A stretch of DNA of 64,000 bases from Fimicolochytrium jonesii (lineage: Eukaryota): assembly GCF_025526975.1 (NCBI RefSeq), contig NW_026515694.1:310001-374000 (forward strand), read 5' to 3'. The notes beneath the pieces are model-generated. The model saw only the letters and a program-made list of their open reading frames with translations, did not search any database and was not told the origin of the DNA. Made by a program: the position numbers and the translations under genes. Of this stretch, positions 50,747 to 62,649 are shown in pieces; the first letter of the stretch is position 1, and every line of letters starts with the position of its first letter.

Positions 50747-51333
50747 TTTTGTCGCACGCCCAAATTCTCCACACCGGGCATGGGTGGTCTCCTATCAGCT
50801 TCACTAAAGTATCGCCCCGATCCACAAGAGCTATATGTGATATATTTCCTCGCAGGTCTCAGAGGTATTCTTGTGCGGCACGGCCTGAAGAGGCGTAGAC
50901 TTTCGGATGCAAGGTTTTCAAGAACCGTTGTGTGCCTGGCAGCTTAATGTACTGTACATATATGGAGGTCACGATTCCGGGGAGATCAGAGGAAGTCGCG
51001 CGGCTTGCCGACACAGGAAGCGACACTTGCGAAACTCAGAAACAGCAGCGGAGCGGGTATAAGCGCACGCGATATTAGAGGACAGATGAGTGCAAAGAAC
51101 GGAACGAAAAAAAAAAGGGTGCTGTGCGGGAATGGGGTCAAGATGAGATGTGGAAGGAGCGGAAGTCTCTGGGGGGGGGCCCTTTCCGAAGCTGTTGTTA
51201 ACAAACAGTGCTGCAAGAGAGACGCTGTTTTCTCACATGACGCGTGCCAAAAACGCCAACGCGTCGCGTCTCCCCTTCGTTGCCGTCTCTTCCCTCCCCT
51301 CCTGCTCACTCGGCACGCAATACAGCAGAAAGA

Positions 51334-54300
51334 ATGACAAAAGCGCAAGGCTCAACGGAGAACGTCCTAGTGACGGTGCGCTGTCGGCCGTTCTCGCAAA
51401 AGGAGCTCGCCGCAGGCCACAAGAAGATCGTCACCATCGACTCGAAAGTTGCCTCTGTAAATATCAATGATCCAAGAGGCAGAGACGAACCTAAACAGTT
51501 CACGTTCGATGCCGCGTTCGATGAGGATTGCACTCAGCAACAAGTTTACGACTCTACGGCAAGGATTATCGTCGATGCCGTCCTCGATGGATTCAATGGG
51601 ACCGTATTCTGTTATGGTAAGCCGCGAGCGATAGCGAGTGGGAGCGGAGCGAGGGGTTGTTGGCGATAGGAGCCGTGAGCGATGGCGAACGCCGACTGCG
51701 GTGGGCGGAGCGAGCCACATTGCGAGAAAGGCGCAATACTCCCCTCACCGCATTTCTGACAAGCACCGGCAAGCGTCCGATCTTTCGCGAGCGAAGCGAG
51801 CACCACATTGCGCAATAGGTGCAACACTCCTCTCACCCAAGTAGCCTAACATCCTTGTCGCGAGCGGAGCGAGCACGATGTTGCTTGTTGATGGATAGTT
51901 GATGTTTGATTGTAGATGCTCGATGGGTTGACGGTCGATTGACGATTGATGGTTGTCAGTCGATCGTCGATGGCTGATGGCTGAAACATCCGTTGTTCAA
52001 CCCCGTTCCTTTGCTTGGCCCCAACAGAAAATCCACTCATTCATTTGACGCGCTCTTCTCACAAAAGGCCAAACGGGAACGGGCAAGACCTTCTCCATGC
52101 AAGGCATCAGCGACGTCCCCGAGCTCCGCGGTATCATCCCCCAGGCATTCCACCACATCTTCTCCCACATCGCGCACCGATCGGCCGAGAAAAAGTTCCT
52201 TGTCCGCGTATCCTTTCTGGAAATCTACAATGAAGACATCAAGGATCTGCTCATTAAGCAGAAAGTCCATGGCGCGACAAAGACGCCCGGGCTGGAATTG
52301 AAGGAGCATCCGGAAACGGGAGTGTATGTGAAGGATCTGGGAACCCATGTGGTCAAGAACGTTCCGGAGATGGAGGCGTTGATGGCGCTGGGAAATAAGA
52401 ATCGGTCGGTGGGAGCCACCCTCATGAACGAAAACTCGTCACGTTCGCATTCCATCTTTACCGTCACGGTCGAAAGCTCTGAGCCGGGACCTGACGGGAA
52501 GGATCGTATCGTCGCGGGCAAGCTGCATTTGGTGGATCTTGCTGGAAGCGAGCGGCAGAGCAAAACGGGAGCAACCGGCGACCGACTGCATGAAGCCACG
52601 AGAATCAATCTGAGTCTGAGTGCCTTGGGAAACTGTATTGGAGCATTGGTGGATGGCAGAAGCACGCATATCCCCTACAGAGACTCCAAGTTGACCCGTG
52701 GGTGACGAACGGCAGTCTCTTGCGTGTGCATAGTTTGAAAGCTAACAGCTAACACATCTTCGACACAGGGCTACTGCAAGATTCCCTAGGAGGGAACGCA
52801 AAAACCCTGATGATCGCAACCCTTTCCCCCGCCTCCTACAACTTCGACGAAACAATCTCCACCCTCCGGTACGCGAACCGCGCCAAGAACATCAAGAACA
52901 AGCCCAAGGTCAACGAGGACCCGAAAGACGCGATGCTCAAACAATGCCAGGAAGAGATCGAGAAATTGAAAATGGCGTTGGCAGCGAGACAACGAGGTGC
53001 GGATGCTGGGGAAGGCGGGGCCCCCCAGCCCAGGATAATTACAAAGATTGTGAAAAAAAGGGTGGTGAAGAAAGTGCCGCGGATCATTCAGAGAGCTGCT
53101 TCTGTGCATCTCGAAGGGGAGGTCCCGCCTGATGAGGTGGGCGAGGAGGGGGAGGAAAGTGAAGATGAGGAAGAAGGAGTTGAGAACGACGTTGTGGTCG
53201 AAACGTCGACAGATCCAAACACGGTGGCGGATTCTGAGAACCCACTCGCCGGGCTGGATCCGGAAACGATTCGGAAATTGGAGGAGCAGGTGGAAGCAGA
53301 GAAGCGGGCCTTACTAGCATCCAAGGACATGCTGACCTCTGACAAGGAGCGGATCGCCGCCGAGCTCGAACAACGGGCCAACGAGCTCGAAGCGGAGCGA
53401 ACGATGCGCGAAACGCTCGCGACCAAACTACGGGCGTTAGAAACGCAACTCATCATCGGCGGTGGCGAGGAAGGGAGCGACTCCGACCAAGTGCCCGACG
53501 TCGGCGAGTTCCTCCAACGCATCGAGCACCAAGAGCTCCAACTAGCCGAAACCCAGTCCCGCCTGCAAGCACAAGCCCTGCGCGAGCACCAGCTCCAACA
53601 GCAGCTCGAGGCGCGGCAGGACCTGCACCTCCAGATGGAAGAGCACTACGCGTCGTTGCAGGAGGAGGTGGACATCAAGACCAAGAAGCTTGGGAAGCTG
53701 TTTACCCGGTTACAGGCCGCCAAATCAGAGATCAACGACCTCGAGGACGAGTTTCGTGCCGAGCGCGAGGATTTCCTCGACACGATTCGTGAACTCACCC
53801 GGGAGCTGTCTCTCAAAACCGCGCTCATTGAGAATTTTGTCCCCGTGGATGATCGCAAGAAAGTCGAGGCGGGCGCCGTGTTTGATGATGAGACGGATGA
53901 GTGGTTTGTGAGTGGCGTCATCGATAGGCATCTGGTGAAGAGGGTGGAGCGTCCGAGAAGTTTGGGGAGTGCGGTGAAGAGGCCTATTTGCAGATATGCG
54001 AGGATGATGGTGTCGCTGGGCGACCCGAATCCCAGGTGGAGGATCGATAACGTCTTAACGTTAAAGGTATGCTGTGATCATTTTGATGGGCCAATATAGT
54101 GAACCTTCACATGAGTGACCCTTATCCTCGTATCTTCAACAGCTGGATATGCCCGCGAAAACAACCATCTCGCCCACCCCAACACGCAACACGTCGCCAT
54201 TGAAAGGTGCGCTCGACTCCGCGCTCGAAGCCGAAGACGAATGGGAAGAAATCACCGTAGCGGAAACCGACTTTGCGGGATACAGGCAACGGACGGCTGC

Positions 54301-54337
54301 GGCGAATCAGTCGAGGCGGAGGGCCCAGAAGGCATAG
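51334..54337 (+). CDS. Kinesin-2 (KIF3 family) motor subunit for intraflagellar transport
   Basis: Exons 51334-51616, 52068-52697, 52769-54066 and 54143-54337. YGQTGTGKT across intron 1, [29 protein letters not shown]3-type tail [13 protein letters not shown]...IENF.P and LDMP.KTT. The KIF3A or KIF3B subtype is not resolved. Confidence 0.92.
51617..52067 (+). repeat. Enlarged intron (451 nt) with GCGAGCG(G/A)AGCGAGC-type motifs and a GAT(T/G)-rich low-complexity tract
   Basis: Motif variants near 51624, 51705, 51787 and 51860; GAT-rich tract about 51885-51980. Confidence 0.7.
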
Positions 54338-54482
54338 CGGACTTGAGTTCCGCCTGAATCTGACACCCCACGAAATATTCTTTTTGGTTTGGGCAACGAG
54401 ACTCTACTTTTTGTATATTGTTGGAAACGTAACAGAATAAGCACATATATGCAAGTGTGTGGAAAGCACATACGCTGCTAAT

Positions 54483-55624
54483 CTACTGAACATTATCGGC
54501 CGTGATGCGTTTGACAAAGCTCGCAACGACATCAAAGAACTCGTTCTCTCTCAGCATCTCGAAATGCTTGCCAGTTACGCCGGTTTCAAGCTCTACCGTC
54601 CCTTTGCCGCCGTTCAAAGTCCTCAAATAGTCAGCAAACCGCTCGGAATGGGGTAAATCCATCAACTCGTCCTGCGGGCTGTGAACCACTAGATACGGCG
54701 GTAACGCGACACCGGATGATGGGAGAAGATGCTGTGGCGATGCCCGTCGCCACGCATCAGGGGAATCGCCAAATGCCAGCGATATAAAATCGACATAGGA
54801 AGGGTACTGGGATGCAAGGGTCGGGATGTCGTATATGCCTTCCACCCCGACACAGCCTTTAATTGATTCATGAAGTCGCTGCCCTTTCTGCGCAAGTGTT
54901 GAAGCGTTCTCAACGACTTCTTCCGAGATGGCGCCAAGATCGAGCGGGCGCGCATCCGTTGCAACCTCTGTCCACCCAAACCACTCAGGTTGGAAGAGAA
55001 GCAGCGACGCCAGGTGGGCTCCGCATGAATGTCCCACCAGCACAAACCCTGTTGGCTGGAAGCCGAAGTACGGCTCCGACTTGTCATGTAACCATTTCAG
55101 CGCATGAGTGACGTCTAGGAGGTGCGTTGGGTGTTGGTTGATATACTTTTTGGATGACGCCGTGGTTTTGGCCTCTGTTGTGGGTTCATCCGTCGCCGTA
55201 GCAGCCGGGCCCGAATGACTTGCGCCGAACGACGAAAGCCGGTATCCCACGACAACGGTATGTAGGTTATGCACCGAGGCAAAGTGCTCCCCGAGATACT
55301 CATAGTCGTTCTATTCCCGGGAGAAGGGTTCAGTATTGGCGCCTGGGGCAACGAGCGCTGGCAGAAGCACACGGACTTCCTCACCTTATCCCCAGTCCTC
55401 CACGCCCCTCCATGTATATACACCAGCACAGGTTGTGGCGGTATCGCTTTCACTGCTCCTTGACCTATCTGTGCATCGTCGTCGTCGGGTCGGGTGTCGT
55501 CCTCGAGGTCTGACACAGGCACGTATATGTCAAGATGCTGCTTGGGGTCCGCCACTGCTGACGAGCCGTAGGGGATGTTTTTGAAGCGCTTGACTGTTGT
55601 TGCGGAGTCCACTATGGCGGCCAT
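54483..55624 (-). CDS. Kynurenine formamidase (Bna7/AFMID)-like alpha/beta hydrolase
   Basis: LVYIHGGAWRTGDK, one intron (~55384-55309), nucleophile GHSCGAHL, EGIYDI, HSPQDELM and catalytic-His region GKHFEM. Confidence 0.85.
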
Positions 55625-55765
55625 TGTTGGGACAGAGGGGATCTTTGGAAGCGAAAGTCGAGAACTCGTCGGGAAAGCGCGTAGCCGTCACCATCGGAGT
55701 CTCCGCTGAGTCGACTGACCTCGAGGGACAGCAGATTCACCACAGACTCTACGTAGACAACGACA

Positions 55766-56944
55766 ATGAGCGACTACGAAGACGACGATGATATCTCAGG
55801 GCCAGACTACGAGGCTCTCATCAGCGTCATGGACAAGGTCGAGGCTGCCAACAACGAGGTCGATGGGCGCGGCGGAGCTGTCAAAACCGAGCCTGGTGCC
55901 GAACCGCATGGACAAGGGCAGGAGGAAAACCGGAATGCGAGCGGAGAGGGCGTTCGGGAGACGACGTCTGGCCCTGCTTCGAGGACGCGTGGGGCTGCCG
56001 CGAGGAAGCGGGGTGGAGTTGAGAAGAGTGGGGATGGCCGTTCCAACGTTGCAAAGAGCACGGTATCAGAAACCGGCCGAGGTCGTGGGAAGAAAGCTGC
56101 GGGGCAAAAATCGAAGCGGAAGCTCGATACCGCTGAATCCCAAGAGGATACGACGGCCGATGCAAACCAGCCATCGCAATCTACTACAGACGACACGACA
56201 GGCTTCTCCATAGCCCGCCCACCCCATCCTCCCAACAAAAAGCCCCGCACATCAAAAGGGCAACGCCAAGAACCCCACCGAACCCCAAGCCCACCCCCCT
56301 CCACCGCCCGCCCACCCTTCCCAACCCCCTCGACCCCACTCTCCTCAACACCACCCGACCTCTCCCCAATCACCATCAACCGCGCCCCAGTGCTGTGCCT
56401 ATGGGCCGCCGTGGTCGCGCATCGCGAGGGGTACGCGTGGAAGACGGCGCTGACGATCGGAAAGTGTGTGATGGTGAGGTGTGCGCAGGCGAAGGGGAGG
56501 AGTGTGGGTGTGATTGCGGAAAAGGATGAGACGACAGATAAACGGGTGCAGGATGAGGGAAGGGCGATGCGGACTGTGTGGGCGTTTGGGATGTGGATTA
56601 CGTGTGTGGATCTTGCGGCGGATACCGGTGGTGATGGTGGTGGGAATGAAGTGAAAGCGGAGGCTGATGAAGACGCGAAGCCTGCCACGCTACGGGCAGT
56701 CATTTCCGGTAAACCGGTTGATCCGGTTGACACGGAATGGTATTGTCGGAATAAGTTTCGGGCCAGGTGGGAAGACGCTTTGAAGTGTTTTACCACATTG
56801 GCCAACAGGTGTGATCCGGAACGGATCGGCGTGGATGGCTACGGGTTCTATGAGCGCTTTCGGCCGGGTGTGGCGGCCGGCGCGCAGGGGTGGGGGAAGA
56901 GCGGAGAGTTGCAATTGAGGGCCATAGTTGGGATGGAGTTGTGA
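55766..56944 (+). CDS. Uncharacterised protein: disordered N-terminus and conserved-looking C-terminal domain
   Basis: 392-aa intronless ORF. C-domain INRAPVLCLWAAVVA...ALTIG...AKGRSVG...YERFRP.V..GAQGWG..GEL.L. Confidence 0.75.
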   Translation: MSDYEDDDDISGPDYEALISVMDKVEAANNEVDGRGGAVKTEPGAEPHGQGQEENRNASGEGVRETTSGPASRTRGAAARKRGGVEKSGDGRSNVAKSTVSETGRGRGKKAAGQKSKRKLDTAESQEDTTADANQPSQSTTDDTTGFSIARPPHPPNKKPRTSKGQRQEPHRTPSPPPSTARPPFPTPSTPLSSTPPDLSPITINRAPVLCLWAAVVAHREGYAWKTALTIGKCVMVRCAQAKGRSVGVIAEKDETTDKRVQDEGRAMRTVWAFGMWITCVDLAADTGGDGGGNEVKAEADEDAKPATLRAVISGKPVDPVDTEWYCRNKFRARWEDALKCFTTLANRCDPERIGVDGYGFYERFRPGVAAGAQGWGKSGELQLRAIVGMEL

Positions 56945-57339
56945 GCTGCAAGAGTTCGGATATTTGGGCACGCAGCCGAGGGGGCATATCACTGCCAACG
57001 AATAGGCGGTGAGGCAACTCTTGTTCATACGATGTAAATAACGAATGATGGCCCTAGATGTCGTTGCCACAGTCTGAGTCAGGTCTGAGTGTCCATGTGT
57101 GCATGTGCATGTCCATAACCAGCGCAAGTTAAGCTATTTGCAAAGGGAAGCTCGAAGAAGTCTTCGTATCCAACACAACATACGAGGTATAATCAAAATC
57201 GAATTCTTAAAAGACACAAGTCTCCCTGGCTTGACAGCAACAGCACTATAGAAAGACAAACACGCTCAATCCACACGAACAAAATTCAAGACATGATATC
57301 GAAGGATATCCAAAGTGAAAAGACTAAGTTATGCATGGC

Positions 57340-59063
57340 TTAAGCGCGGTGGCTCTTGCCCTTCCACTGCCAGAGGCAGTCAATGCAGCATTCCGTGCAA
57401 GCTGTAAGATGGAAAGGAATGCGAGAGTAAGTAAAGAAGAAGACGCGGACTGGAATGAATGAAAATGGAAACGTAACATACCAGGGTCGAACAAGCACTG
57501 AGGGAAGGGGCAGACGCCGTCACCGGGTGCGGGTTCGTTGGGGTCGCTTGGGGGCAATGGAGCGGGTTCAGCGGGCTCCTTGTCGGGGATCTTGCCATCC
57601 TTGACGTTGTTGTACAGGAAAGCGTTGGGAGTGCGTTGCAGCGTGCCTTGGATGAGGTCCTTGGTCGCAATGACCTTCAAGTAGGTCTGGACTTCGGCGG
57701 GGGTAGTGAAGTTACCCTCTGCGAGGGCAAGGGCAACGACACCAGCGACATGAGGAGTAGCCATAGAAGTACCGCTAATGGTGTTGGTACGGCCGTTGTT
57801 CCAGGTGGATGTGATATCAACACCGGGGGCGATGATGTCCACACAGGTTCCGCGTTCGGAGAATGAGGCGATGTGGTCGGTCTTGTCGGAGGCGGCAACG
57901 GTAATAGCTTCGGGGACACGGGCGGGAGACAAGAGGCAGGCATCCCGACCAGAGTTACCGGCAGCAATGGCAAAGTTCACACCCGCCTTGATGGCTCCTT
58001 GAACAGCGCGGTCCAAAGCAGTGGAGGCACCACCACCGAGAGACATGTTGGCGACGGACTTTCTTCCACGCTTGGGCGCTTCCTTGGTCACATACTCGAT
58101 TCCGGCAATGACGTCCGAAGTGGTGCCGGAGCCTCGGGCGTCCAACACCTTCACGGCAATGAGGCTAACCTTCTTGGCAACACCGAAAGTCTTGGAGCCG
58201 ATGGTCCCGGCGACGTGGGTGCCGTGGCCGTTTCCGTCAGCATCACCGTCGGTGGTAAAACTTTTGCCAATCTTCGCACGGCCCTCGAATTCGGGGTGGT
58301 CAACGAAGATTCCGGTGTCGATGATGTATGCGTTAACACCCTCTGTAGGAAAGCGAATTCCGTGAGAAATCCGTAATGATGATGATTGATAACATTTTAA
58401 ACCTAGATACGTACCTCCAGCCGAGTCGGGGTATTCGTAGTTGCTCGAAAGGGGCAACTTTCGGGTGTGGATTCGCTGCAGGCCCCAGGATCCCGGGTTG
58501 CCCTGCTTTCCGGTGATCGAAACGATCTTGTCCTCCTCGATGTAATCCACACTGGGGTCTTGCTATAAGCGTCAATTGAAGGTTTAGTTTTTTGGATCTC
58601 CCATTTCATATTAAATTAACTCGCACGAACCCTCAGCGCCTCAGCTACGTCCTTGGGCAACTTTGCAGCATATCCCTTGAAGTCAGAAAAGTCGTAAGCA
58701 TGCTTGATGCCGTAGGCGCTGACTGGCTTCTCGATATCGATAGAAACTCCGCCAGCAAGAGCTTGAACGGTCAACAAGGGGCTCGGGGCAAAAGAAGTTT
58801 GCAACCAGCTCACGTGGTTCTGGACTGCGGGAGAGATGGGATGAAATCTTTAGTATGGGAAGCACCGGAAGCGCATTCAAACCGAATAATAGAAAAAAGG
58901 GCAGCTACTCACAGGTGCTTTGCTCCACATCCTTCTTGAAAACAACAATGTACTGTTCAGGAATGGGAGTTCCGGCCACGTTCTGCTTGGGGTGGGGCTT
59001 AGCATCGGCGAACTGAAGCGCGACCACCAAGACGGTGGTGAGGCTAGCAAGGGTCAGACGCAT
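57340..59063 (-). CDS. Secreted subtilisin-like serine protease (S8A, proteinase K type) with I9 propeptide
   Basis: Signal peptide MRLTLASLTTVLVVALQFADA, YIVVFK propeptide, catalytic triad AYIIDTGI / GNGHGTHVAG / SGTSMATPHVAG; four introns; the last exon ends ...CLWQWKGKSHRA*. Confidence 0.95.
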
Positions 59064-59377
59064 GGTGGGCGAGAGACCGAGCTAGCGAAGCTTTGAAAGA
59101 AAGGGACGCGGCAAGTGATGTCCCGATGGACGAAGCTCAGAACGAGATGGGACGGACAAGCGATGGAAAGCGATTGCTAAGACGAGGGACTTTTGAGGTT
59201 TGAGGTTGCCAGACTGCTGCACTACTGTAATGTGTATGTATATGGATATGGGAACGGTAAGCAAGCAAACAGCCAAGAAAGCGATGAGATCGGTGTGGGA
59301 AAATTGGCTGGGAGTCAGGGAAGCTTGTCCACGTCGACGCTAAATACTGGCCAGAACGCAGGTGTCTAATCGAAAGA

Positions 59378-59392
59378 GGGGGGGGGGGGGGG
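59378..59392 (+). repeat. Poly-G tract (15 nt) in the divergent intergenic region
   Basis: G15 read directly from the sequence. Confidence 0.9.
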
Positions 59393-60316
59393 ATAAATAA
59401 CACGCCAATGAGGTGATGACGCTGCGGGGATTGCTCATCAATTGTTATCATATTGCTGTGCCTCTTGTGCCCCGCTGAAGAGAATCGGAGACTGTGCCCG
59501 AATGTGCGCTGCGTTTGTGATCAGCAGCCCCTCATCATTTTATTATCTCTGGCGGGATGCTGGGCGGGATGCTCATCATAGGATTTGCCACCCTCTCTCA
59601 GCTCGGTTTCATCGCCATCCGCCCTGGTCGTCGTCCATGTCCAGCGACCCAAAGGGAAACAAACAAACGCCCACGACTCCTTTCCTTGGCGGATGGGTGT
59701 GACCTCTCGGTCCGTGACCAGTCGTTACTGACTGTTTCTAACCGGGCACATGTACATTTATAAACGCTTATCTTTCTTTGACGATCGACAGCGACGGCTC
59801 GCGGCCTCCCCTCACAAGCTCTTGCAAGTTGCATCCGAACTTGATAAATGGAGGAGGAGTGAGAGAGAGAGCAAACAGTCTTTGAATTTACGTACGCTCG
59901 GTTGAGATGGATGCGGCTGCCTTTCCGCTCCAGCAGTTTCAGTTTTTGCGAGGACTTGTCCCACATATCATCAGCCGCACATGCCCATGCAGCCATCCCA
60001 CATACAGTAGCCGTCGCCTTGGTCGTTTGCATATAGTCGCGGCAAGCCGAAGGGCGTTGCTGGCAGAACAAGCCTGTGCATAGTGTGGGTGGGTGCGAGC
60101 GCGACGCGACCATCACGTCATTGATGAGGCATAGCATCATTAGCATGAGAGCCAGCCATCTCGGCCGCGACCGTTCAGAAAGCCTTCAACCGACCACCAA
60201 GCTTTGTGTAGATCTAGATACGTACAGTACATAGTTTCCCATAGTGCATCCTCGTTAGTTCGCTAGTCCAGTTATCCAAGTATCACAGCCGTCGCCCAGC
60301 CTGTTTCAACAACAAA

Positions 60317-62649
60317 ATGTCGACTGCAGCTCCCGCCAACCCCGCAGAAATCTCAGACCCCCTGTCCGACGAGCAGAAAAGTGCCCTGTGGCATAACGCC
60401 ATCCAGATTGTGGTGGAGTTGAAAGACCAACACGAGCAGGCGCTGGGCTCCGTGTCGCCACTAGAGAAGCCAAGATGCATTGAGGAGTTTCAAGCTTGGG
60501 CGGACGGGCTTTTGGAATTGGTCTGGATTGCTATCATGGGGCACGACACAAAAGGTAGGGACACTGCGTCGGTAGGCGTAGGAATGCTTGAGGATTCCGA
60601 GCGGAGCGATGAGAATGGGAGCGACAGCGAGCCCAGTCGCGCCGCAGGCCCGAGAATGCTTGAGTGCGGTGGGGCCGAGCCTACGGCCCAGGATTAGAAA
60701 CGATCACACACTAGCCCAACCTCCTTGTCGCGAGCGGAGCGAGCAGGGTATTGTTTAACCATCCAACCCTCGACGTACCTTCGCTTCGCTCATCACGCTC
60801 ATTACCCTCCATGTAGATCGCTCACCACTTGGCAGCCTCTTAGCCAACGCACAGAAAGATCCTCCCAAGCCCCGTATACCGATCGAGACGGCTACATCGA
60901 CCCTGCGCACCATCCTGTTCCTCTCACTCACAACAACCAAAACCTACGATCCGCGCACCCGTCAGGTCCTGCGACGCCTCGCTCGCGCTCTCTCCTTATC
61001 CTTTCCGGATGAGCACGAGATTGTCGTCGCGGAGACACTCAAACATCCCAATGAGGCTATCGATTCCACCACCGCCACATCGGCCGCACAGAAACGGGCT
61101 GAGAACGGTAAACAATGGCGGTCCTGGAAAGTTGGCTTAGCGACCGTGGCTGGGGGATTGGCGATCGGCCTGTAAGTTGATGGGATGGGTGGCGAACCGC
61201 TTTCTACCTAGTGCTTACCACCCATTATTGCCTAAACGCAGAACGGGAGGCCTCGCTGCACCCCTGGTCGGGGCTGGCGTAGCGAGTGTACTTGGCGCCG
61301 TCGGCGTTGGAGGCACCGCCGCGGGGATGCTAGGCGTCGGATTGGCAAGTAGTGCCGCTGTCGTTGGCAGTTTATTTGGGGCGTACGGAGGACACATGAC
61401 GGGAAAAGCCGTCTCGAACGCCACGAGAGAGGTGGAAGATTTCGAGTTCGTTGAAGTTAGCCAAAAAGGGCGGGTCAACGTTCTCATCTGCATCTCCGGC
61501 TGGCTGACCGACAAGAAAGATGTGTCGGCGCCCTGGAATATTTTCAATGAGTCCTCGGACGTGTACGCATTGAAGTGGGTTCGTAGATGCCGTATGCCGT
61601 CTATCCCCGCCCAGCTACGCAGCTGTTGACGCGACTTTCGTGCGTTATGTAGGAAGTTTCCGCGTTGCTTGCCCTCGGTAACGCACTCAGCGCCATGATC
61701 AAAAGCCAGGCTATCGCATATGTCAAAGGGGAAATTCTCAAGAGGACGGTGCTTGCTTCCCTGATGACAGCCATGTGGCCTTTGGGGTTGGTGAAGGTTG
61801 GCAAGCTCCTCGATAACCCGTACGTTGGTGTCTCCCGTTCTCTTTGTCATAGTATGGAAAAAACTGACAACTTGGCGTTTTAGGTGGAACAACGCAAAAT
61901 CACTTGCCAATAAGGCAGGTCCAATTCTGGGCGACGTCCTCCAGGCGCATGCACAAGGCAACCGGCCTGTATCCATCGTAAGTGTCTCTACGTCCATCTT
62001 CACTCGCCAAATGGGTCCCCTTCCAGACGTAATACTTCCTAATCCTTTTCGTGCATCCCAGGTCGCATACTCCCTCGGATCACTCCTCGCCGTCCGAGCA
62101 GTCCTCTCCCTCCCAGCCTCATCACCACCACTAGTCGAAAACTTATACCTCCTCGGCTCCCCCCTCCCACTCACACCCACCATGTGGCAAGCCCTGCGCG
62201 CCCGCGTCCCCGGCCGCATCGTCAACTTCTATTCCACAAAAGACTGGGTCCTCGGTTTCCTCCACCGCGCGACGCAAAAACCCGAAAAAGGATGGGGTGT
62301 TGCGGGTCTACAACCCGTGAACGTGGACGGGATCGAGAACATCTGCTGTGATGAGTTTGTGGAAGGACATGTGGCGTGGAGGGCTCGCGTGGGCAGGTGT
62401 TTGGAGTTGGGCAAGGTAGAGGGCATCAAAGGGGATAAGGCTAGGGAGTGGGAGACGGAAAGTAGGATTGAAGAGGGGGTTGTGGAGGGCTTGAGTGTGG
62501 AGGAGATTGTGCAGAAGGAGGTGCCACCGCTCCCATACCGGCCGCCCGCTGATGAGAATGGAGGGGACGGGCCGGAGGTAGCTGGGAAGGCCGCCCGCTT
62601 CACCTCCCTTGAGCACCAAGTTGAAGGATTATCAGTCTCTCAATCTTGA
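60317..62649 (+). CDS. DUF726 / TMCO4-like alpha/beta-hydrolase-fold protein (multi-exon)
   Basis: YDPRTRQVL, WKVGLATVAGG..IGLTGGLAAPLVGAG, ISGWL, LDNPW..A...A.KAG..L.D.L, RPVSIVAYSLG, RIVNFYS.KDWVLGFL.R, VAGL. Confidence 0.92.
60555..60816 (+). repeat. Enlarged intron (262 nt) carrying a second copy of the GCGAGCGGAGCGAGC element
   Basis: tagcccaacctccttgtcgcgagcggagcgagca (60712-60745) differs from 51842-51875 at 2 positions; inverted partner tcgcttcgctc at 60781-60791. Confidence 0.75.

Noticed and set aside
55807..56805. 332-aa antisense ORF
   Set aside because: It mirrors the GC-rich sense gene, is low complexity and has no recognisable motifs.
59450..60300. Short ORFs (including 182 aa at 59598-60146) between subtilisin and DUF726
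   Set aside because: No motifs or coherent splice model; more likely divergent promoter/UTR DNA.
61215..62225. 336-aa minus-strand ORF
   Set aside because: Antisense to the well-supported DUF726 gene.
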